Shown: positions 53,492-64,000 of the stretch, one piece after another
Layout: each line of letters begins with the position of its first letter
Position numbering within the stretch: the first letter of the stretch is position 1
Assembly: GCA_036687665.1 (NCBI GenBank)
Contig: JAYYZZ010000001.1
Span: forward strand, 46,832 to 110,831
Direction of reading: 5' to 3'
From: Pseudomonadota bacterium
GTDB taxonomy: Bacteria; Pseudomonadota; Gammaproteobacteria; Poriferisulfidales; JAYYZZ01
DNA length: 64,000 nucleotides
Made by a program: the position numbers and the translations under genes
Notes under the pieces: model-generated
The model's input: only the letters and a program-made list of their open reading frames with translations
Told to the model about the DNA's origin: nothing
Database searches by the model: none

Positions 53492-54604
53492 ATGCAGCTT
53501 GTTACTATTAGTATTGAAAATCTGCGAATATTTAGCAGAGCAACACTAGACGCCCACCCAAAAAATAATTTAATTATCGGAAAAAACCGCGCAGGGAAGA
53601 CAAGCATATTAGAAGCTATAGACCTGCTTTCTAGAGGGAAGACTTTTCGCACCAGCAGCTTTGAAGATCTCGTGAAAAAAAACGAAAAACACATACTGGT
53701 TAATGGAGAAATAAAAAACAGAGAAAGAAAAGCAACGCAGATGGGGATTAAGAAAGAAGAAGGTAACACCGAGGTCAAAATCAACGGAAAAAAAACAAAG
53801 AGACAGAGGGATCTTACAAAGGAGCTTGCGGTGCAAGCAATACATGCCGCCACACATCAGCTTATAGAGGGGGGCTCGTCCACGCGCCGAGAGTATTTAG
53901 ATTGGGGGGTGTTTCACGTGGAACCAGCCTTTCCCGGAGCATGGGCGCGTTACCAGAAAGGACTTAAGCAAAGAAACGCTCTCTTGAAAGGAGGCCCTAG
54001 CCAGGGCTCACCGCACAGCTGGGACCATATTTTGGGGCTTGAGGCCGACCTTATTGACAAAGCGAGAGAAAACCACTTTCAGCTGCTTAATGGTGAACTA
54101 AAAAGCTTTTTTGAAGAGCTTGTACCAGGGCACGATGTAAGCTTATGTTATCAACGGGGGTGGCGCGAAGACCAGAGCCTTGAAGAAACGTTGAAAGAAT
54201 TAGCCCACCAAGACAGTATCAGAGGCCATACAACCGTTGGGCCACACCGCGCCGATATTAATATTGAAGTAAATGGCCGAAACGCTAAAGACGGGCTATC
54301 AAGAAGCGAACAGAAGCTTATTTCTTTTGCTTTGGTTCTGGGGCAAATACAGCTAGTTTCAGAACAAAATAAAGAAAAGATAATTTTACTAATCGACGAC
54401 CTTCCATCAGAACTGGGGGTAGATAATTTAGAAAGATTTGTTAAAAAACTGAACACGCTGAATACACAAACATTTATAACCGCGGTAGACGACCATGCCT
54501 ACTTGCTGCCCTCTTTTTATGAAATGAATTCTGAGCAAGGCGAGCTGTTTCACGTGGAACAAGGAAGGCTAGTCGAGACAAAGCCTGCCCTACGAATGGT
54601 ATAA
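53492..54604 (+). CDS. recF: DNA replication/repair protein RecF
   Basis: GKTSILEAI, RR.YLDWGVFHVE, QRNALL, GPHRAD, LLIDD; between dnaN and gyrB. Confidence 0.95.
   Translation: MQLVTISIENLRIFSRATLDAHPKNNLIIGKNRAGKTSILEAIDLLSRGKTFRTSSFEDLVKKNEKHILVNGEIKNRERKATQMGIKKEEGNTEVKINGKKTKRQRDLTKELAVQAIHAATHQLIEGGSSTRREYLDWGVFHVEPAFPGAWARYQKGLKQRNALLKGGPSQGSPHSWDHILGLEADLIDKARENHFQLLNGELKSFFEELVPGHDVSLCYQRGWREDQSLEETLKELAHQDSIRGHTTVGPHRADINIEVNGRNAKDGLSRSEQKLISFALVLGQIQLVSEQNKEKIILLIDDLPSELGVDNLERFVKKLNTLNTQTFITAVDDHAYLLPSFYEMNSEQGELFHVEQGRLVETKPALRMV
53910..53925. promoter_or_regulatory. parS site 1 (within recF)
   Basis: TGTTTCACGTGGAACC, 15/16 match to the parS consensus TGTTNCACGTGAAACA read on the other strand. 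Confidence 0.85.
54546..54561. promoter_or_regulatory. parS site 2 (within recF)
   Basis: TGTTTCACGTGGAACA, canonical parS. Confidence 0.92.
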
Positions 54605-57022
<2,418 letters not shown>

Positions 57023-57034
57023 AGAGGCTTGTTT

Positions 57035-57175
57035 ATGTGTATTAAGAAAATTAAGAATTATCTGACAAACAACCCTATCACCCGCAATGAAATACTTAAC
57101 CACCTAACAACCCCAGTAGCAATTATCCTGGGCGCTACCCTTATAGCAATTGCTATTTATGCAAAATCTTGCTGA
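57035..57175 (+). CDS. Putative 46-aa single-TM small protein
   Basis: MCIKKIKNYLTNNPITRNEILNHLTTPVAIILGATLIAIAIYAKSC; AGAGAGG RBS; fills the gyrB-xth gap with 12-nt spacers. Confidence 0.6.
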   Translation: MCIKKIKNYLTNNPITRNEILNHLTTPVAIILGATLIAIAIYAKSC

Positions 57176-57187
57176 TATCCTGTCAGC

Positions 57188-57952
57188 ATGAAAATAGCCA
57201 GCTGGAATGTTAATTCGCTCAGAGTACGTCTTCCCCATGTGTTGAAGTGGATAGAAGAGAATTCTATAGACATAATTGCCCTCCAAGAAACAAAGACGCA
57301 AGATGAAAATTTCCCAGAAGATGAAATTAAAAAAGCTGGTTATCATGCAGTTTTTCAGGGGCAAAAAACATACAACGGTGTCGCCATTTTTTCTAAAAAA
57401 CCACCTAGCGAAGTAGTTTTTGAAATCAAAGGCACCGAAAATTTTGGGAAAAGGATTATTGCAGCCACGATTAACAATGTAAGGGTTTTAAATTTATATG
57501 TCATTAATGGGGCAGAGGTTGGTTCTGAAAAATATAACCAGAAATTAAAGTGGCTTAAGGCGGTGAAAAAATTTATAGAAGAAGACTCAAAAAAATATAA
57601 AGATTACTTGATTATGGGAGATTTCAATATAGCGCCAGGGGATCCTGATGTTCATGACCCAGCAGCATGGGAAGGGAAAATACTTTGTAGCGAGAAGGAA
57701 AGGAAAGCACTTAAAAGCATTTTAGACTTAGGTTTTGTTGACAGCTTTAGATTATTTGAGCAAGAAGAGAAAGTATTTAGTTGGTGGGATTATCGTGCTG
57801 GAGGTTTTAGAAGAAACCACGGTTTGCGGATAGACCTTATACTAGCAAGTGAAAACGCTAAATCTAGATGCAAGAGCAGTATTGTAGATAAAACACCGAG
57901 AGGCTGGGACAGGCCTTCTGACCATGCACCAGTATGTGTAGAAATTAAATAA
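57188..57952 (+). CDS. xth: Exodeoxyribonuclease III
   Basis: SWNVNS, LQETK, YNGVA, GDFNIAP, WWDYR, GLRID, SDHAPV. Confidence 0.97.
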   Translation: MKIASWNVNSLRVRLPHVLKWIEENSIDIIALQETKTQDENFPEDEIKKAGYHAVFQGQKTYNGVAIFSKKPPSEVVFEIKGTENFGKRIIAATINNVRVLNLYVINGAEVGSEKYNQKLKWLKAVKKFIEEDSKKYKDYLIMGDFNIAPGDPDVHDPAAWEGKILCSEKERKALKSILDLGFVDSFRLFEQEEKVFSWWDYRAGGFRRNHGLRIDLILASENAKSRCKSSIVDKTPRGWDRPSDHAPVCVEIK

Positions 57953-57977
57953 TTGTTCTGATTGCTGTAACTTTTTA

Positions 57978-58421
57978 CTACTCTAATTTTTCGCATTCAC
58001 TGTCCGCGCATTTTATGACCGAACTAATGGGGCTTCTGACACAAGTTACTTCATAAATGCTCGCGCCATCCTTTTGTTTAATGAACGAGATACGGCTACT
58101 AGCTGCGCAGCCACGATCTAGTAAATATTGTGCTAATGATCGTTGATTTAAGTCTGAGATCTCATCGACCGTAATTTGCTGAACATTTTTATCCAAAGAA
58201 TCAAGGGCATCATCTAAGGAGTCCGTTTTTTCCACCTGAGCAGACTCTTCGTTTTCTTGCTCCTCTTCATTAAGACGCGGGGTCCTGCCACGATTAAGAA
58301 TTTTTTTTTCAAGCCAGGCTTCTACTTCGCCCAGTTTTTCGTCGGAGCCAGGCGTTGAGCAGGCAGGCAATAAAAAAATTAACAAATATATAATTAGATT
58401 TTTTTTAGACATGTACAACAC
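57978..58421 (-). CDS. Hypothetical lipoprotein with C-terminal 4-Cys domain
   Basis: Lipobox LPAC after a Lys/hydrophobic signal; likely start ATG 58412. Confidence 0.75.
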   Translation of the reverse strand: MLYMSKKNLIIYLLIFLLPACSTPGSDEKLGEVEAWLEKKILNRGRTPRLNEEEQENEESAQVEKTDSLDDALDSLDKNVQQITVDEISDLNQRSLAQYLLDRGCAASSRISFIKQKDGASIYEVTCVRSPISSVIKCADSECEKLE

Positions 58422-58446
58422 AGATTGTAGAAATAGACTTTACACA

Positions 58447-59172
58447 CTATCGTATTATTTTACATCCGCCTTTGTCGCAATCTAACACAATTTGTTCGAC
58501 ATCTTTTAGGCAGTTAATTTCATACAGTTCGCGACCACCCTCAATTTTTAACAAAACAATATCGCTTAACTTGTCACAGCCCATTTCAGGTAGTGTCTTG
58601 GCAATACTCTTTTCATATGTCCCTGTTATTCTATCCGGAGTCATTTGTATTCTGTCAAAACTGTCCTCTACTTCCGAGGACTCACCCCCTAATAAAATAT
58701 CCCCAAGACTGGTCCCCTTTTTTTCTAAAACAATAGGTAAGTTGTCATTTATCCTTTCTTTGCGTTCCTCGAGAAAACTAGTTAAGTTATGAACACCGTC
58801 AGTCACGGCATGGCAATTTTCGTCCTCTTCGCAAAAGACTTGTACAATTATTTCGTTTTTCTCTAAAAATATACGATATTGTGCTTGGTATGAATGCTTG
58901 CCAGGTTCTGGGTTTAGGGAATCTATGTAACTTGTAGTATTAACTCCTACAGGAAAGCGAGAATAATTTTTTAACCACGTAAGAGTGGCCTGCATTAATA
59001 GAGAGCATTCTCTTTCCACTGAGCATGTTACTGAACCTTTGTAGCTTTGACCTTGAGTTTGTATGTACATAGCGTCATCCTCCCCCAAGCCGAACACATC
59101 CATGATGCCGTCCGTGCTGCATGAGGACAGCAGTAGTAGCGAAAGAGCGCATAAATATTTACGGATTTCCAT
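58447..59172 (-). CDS. Hypothetical lipoprotein with C-terminal 4-Cys domain
   Basis: Lipobox LSSC; C-terminal domain similar to the neighbouring lipoprotein. Confidence 0.78.
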   Translation of the reverse strand: MEIRKYLCALSLLLLSSCSTDGIMDVFGLGEDDAMYIQTQGQSYKGSVTCSVERECSLLMQATLTWLKNYSRFPVGVNTTSYIDSLNPEPGKHSYQAQYRIFLEKNEIIVQVFCEEDENCHAVTDGVHNLTSFLEERKERINDNLPIVLEKKGTSLGDILLGGESSEVEDSFDRIQMTPDRITGTYEKSIAKTLPEMGCDKLSDIVLLKIEGGRELYEINCLKDVEQIVLDCDKGGCKIIR

Positions 59173-59259
59173 TGATATATATTACATTATGATTTTGCGG
59201 CTGTGCCCAAGGATACAACAAAGTGGCGATCATAGGTAATTTAGGGTTTTAACAGCAAA

Positions 59260-59316
59260 ATGTTGTATATATACAACATAAACCTAGTTGACTTAGGGAC
59301 CATTCGTCTTCAAAAT
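59260..59316 (+). promoter_or_regulatory. Porin promoter with 20-bp perfect palindrome
   Basis: ATGTTGTATATATACAACAT (59260-59279), then TTGACT-N17-CAAAAT (59288-59316). Confidence 0.7.
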
Positions 59317-59325
59317 ACAACACTA

Positions 59326-59418
59326 TTGAGGAAGATCCCAACGAACACGAGTGCGTGAGCGTAGGGTATCCGACCCTCAAAAAAGGTAGCTTGCTCTTTT
59401 TTTTACGAGAGTGGGCTA
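59326..59418 (+). promoter_or_regulatory. Structured 5' leader of the porin mRNA (two stem-loops)
   Basis: Nested pairings TTGAGG/CCTCAA, GATCCC/GGG(T)ATC, ACG/CGT, CACG/CGTG; second hairpin TAGCTTGCTCT/AGAGTGGGCTA with G-U pairs. Confidence 0.55.
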
Positions 59419-59462
59419 AAAAATAATAACTTTAATAGTTAACTATTATTAGGAGTCCTTGA

Positions 59463-60797
59463 ATGAAAAGTAAAATGATAGCTATAGCCACATTGCTATT
59501 TGCGTTCGTTGCAACTCCAGCACAAGCTGGATGGGGTAGCGGCGACTATTTAGTATATGGTTGGCAAAACCATTCATGGGAATTTGTAGATACTGATTTT
59601 CGTACTGACGAAGGAACCAACGATACAGATGTTGACCGCATTAGCACTAACGCGGGTAACATTGGTTTCTTAGGATCATACGATACTGGTGTTAATGGCA
59701 TTACAGTTAACTGGCGTTGTGAGCAGTTCACATATTTGAACGGCCACGCTGGTACAACTGGATGGTGTAACCGTAACAGTAAAATTGGTCTTCACTTCCC
59801 AGGAGTTGGTGAAATTATGTGGGCAACTTGGTTGCTTCCATATAATGAAATGGTAGCGCAATGGATAGACCCATTCTATGATGCCGGTTCTGACTCGCAT
59901 ACTTCGATCATGGGATCACCTGGTTATGTAGGTGCATTCTATAACGTTGGTGCGTTCTCAGGTGGCGGTGCTCACTTCCAGTACCAAGGAAGCACATGGG
60001 ATCTAAACATGAACCGTCGTCAAGAAAACATCGTGCAATTCTGGTCTGATGACTGGAATGGAATTCACGTTCGTTATGCTTTCACAGTAGGTGAAAGAGA
60101 CGACTCGGTTTCGCGTAACACTAATACAATTAACCCTGATATCCATTCAGCTGGTATCGCGTATACAAATGGTCCTGCATGGATGGCCGTTACTTGGCAA
60201 AAACATGACGACTGGACTGCAGCTGCTGTTTGCGGAACAACAATTTGTGAAGATTCAGACACAGAAAGTTGGCGCATAGCTGCAAACTATACGTTTAATG
60301 TAGGTGAAGGTACTACGCTAAAATTAATGGCGATGTACGAAGACCTCGAGTATGAAATGGATACAACATCAAACCCAGCTGCTGCTCTTGATGCGTTAGG
60401 TATGACTAACATCACAGATGCTGCATATGGAGCAGGTACAGCAGATTCAGACATCAAAGTAGAACGTGATGCTTGGCACCTTGGCTTAAAGCTTGACTGG
60501 CCAGGACCTTTCGATCTTCGTGCTACATATCAAGATGCTGATGACCTAGATATTGATGCTCCAGGGATTACAGCTGTAAACACAAAGGGTCAACTAATTG
60601 ATGACGATACAGCAGCAGACGCATATAACATTGGTCTGTTCTATCAACTTGGTGACTCTACTGAATTACGTTTAACTTATTCTAAAGTGGATAACGATGA
60701 CCGCGGTGGTTATGGTCAAGGTATCTCTGGAACAGGTATTGGTAATCCAGGTGTAGAAGTTGAAATGTGGGCACTAGGTATCGTGCACGCGTTCTAA
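59463..60797 (+). CDS. Outer-membrane porin (probable major porin)
   Basis: Signal peptide AQA, amphipathic beta-strands, porin-like RNSKIGL, C-terminal beta-signal ALGIVHAF; AGGAG RBS; codon bias typical of high expression (GGT, CGT, AAC, TTC). Confidence 0.88.
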   Translation: MKSKMIAIATLLFAFVATPAQAGWGSGDYLVYGWQNHSWEFVDTDFRTDEGTNDTDVDRISTNAGNIGFLGSYDTGVNGITVNWRCEQFTYLNGHAGTTGWCNRNSKIGLHFPGVGEIMWATWLLPYNEMVAQWIDPFYDAGSDSHTSIMGSPGYVGAFYNVGAFSGGGAHFQYQGSTWDLNMNRRQENIVQFWSDDWNGIHVRYAFTVGERDDSVSRNTNTINPDIHSAGIAYTNGPAWMAVTWQKHDDWTAAAVCGTTICEDSDTESWRIAANYTFNVGEGTTLKLMAMYEDLEYEMDTTSNPAAALDALGMTNITDAAYGAGTADSDIKVERDAWHLGLKLDWPGPFDLRATYQDADDLDIDAPGITAVNTKGQLIDDDTAADAYNIGLFYQLGDSTELRLTYSKVDNDDRGGYGQGISGTGIGNPGVEVEMWALGIVHAF

Positions 60798-60817
60798 ATC
60801 AGTTTTATATCTGATCT

Positions 60818-60849
60818 AAACAGGCGCTCTTTTGGGCGCCTGTTTTTTT
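60818..60849 (+). terminator. Rho-independent terminator after the porin gene
   Basis: AAACAGGCGCTC-TTTT-GGGCGCCTGTTT followed by a T run. Confidence 0.92.
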
Positions 60850-60879
60850 ATGGGCGCATATACTGTTAAACTTTAGTTA

Positions 60880-63227
<2,348 letters not shown>

Positions 63228-63238
<11 letters not shown>

Positions 63239-63986
63239 GTTTTTTCGAATCTTTTTTATGTATTAGTTTTGCAAAAAACAACCCAACCTCAAATAATAAC
63301 CATATCGGTATTGCTAGCAAAATTTGTGAAATAACATCAGGCGGCGTTAAAAGCATGCCAATTACAAAAGCCGCAACAATAATATAAGGTCTTTTACTAG
63401 CGAGCCGATTAGGATCAGTTACACCTAATTTTACAAGAACAATGGTCACTATTGGAACCTCAAATGCTATACCAAAAGCAAAGAATATTTTTATAACAAA
63501 ATCTAAAAAACGGCTAATATCTGTCATAACAGCAACGCCAGTAGGAGCGGTGTTGACAAAAAATGCAAAGATTAGTGGAAAAACAACAAAATACGCAAAG
63601 AGCATGCCAAGATAAAATAAAAGCACACTAGATATAAATACAGGTTGTGCTAATTTTTTTTCATTTTCATATAAACCGGGGGCAATAAACACCCAAGCGT
63701 GATAAAGCGTAAAAGGTATTGTTAATATAATAGATAAAACCAAAACAAGCTTAAAGGGGGCTAAAAATGGAGAAGCCACATCTATAGCAACCATGCTCCC
63801 TTGCCCAGGCAAGTTATCTATCAATGGTTGAGCAAGCAATGTATACAACTCATTGGAAAATGGCATAAGCAATAAAAGCGCTACAACTATTACAAATAAA
63901 ATTTTGAGTATTCTGCCGCGCAGCTCAATTAGATGCTGGAGAACACTTCCTTTTGGTGTGTGTTTATTTGACGGGTGGCTTGGCAT
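63228..63986 (-). CDS. tatC: Twin-arginine translocase subunit TatC
   Basis: HLIELR.R, FIAPGLYENEK, FGIAFEVP, RPY, LTPPDV.SQ. Confidence 0.97.
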
Positions 63987-64000
63987 ACTAATTTTGAATT

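Noticed and set aside
59326-59418. Known riboswitch or tRNA in the porin leader
   Set aside because: No TPP, SAM, cobalamin, glycine or c-di-GMP signature and no cloverleaf or T-loop recognisable by eye; kept only as an unnamed structured leader.

Overview
AT-rich gammaproteobacterial chromosome segment spanning the replication origin. The core block is rpmH/rnpA/yidD/yidC/mnmE/mnmG/rsmG/parAB/atpIBEFHAGDC/glmU/glmS on the - strand and dnaA-dnaN-recF-gyrB on the + strand. A compact oriC lies in the dnaA-dnaN spacer (DnaA box, IHF site, DnaA-trio-like/AT-rich element), and two parS sites lie inside recF. The left part is housekeeping: algC, dut, coaBC, bioBF, ubiA, metY-thiS-thiG-plsC-trmB, sulP, tas, gmhB, glySQ, sigma54 glnA-ntrBC, family-1 pyrD, gpsA-grxC-rhodanese-ArsR, envC-ctpA-yajL and a two-Cys dksA. 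I found no rRNA, tRNA, CRISPR array, transposase or integrase. The parts least explained by known biology are three. First, a five-gene accessory islet at the attTn7 position downstream of glmS that ends in a solo Cas4/RecB-like nuclease. Second, an envelope locus in which two paralogous 4-Cys lipoproteins, a Cys-containing major porin with a palindromic operator and structured 5' leader, and a Cys-rich exported protein sit together. Third, smaller oddities: an unannotated 46-aa membrane ORF after gyrB, a RecF with degenerate ABC motifs, a missing secB, and a (TAAC)7 all-frame-stop microsatellite. All assignments come from reading motifs and synteny by eye; no database search was run.
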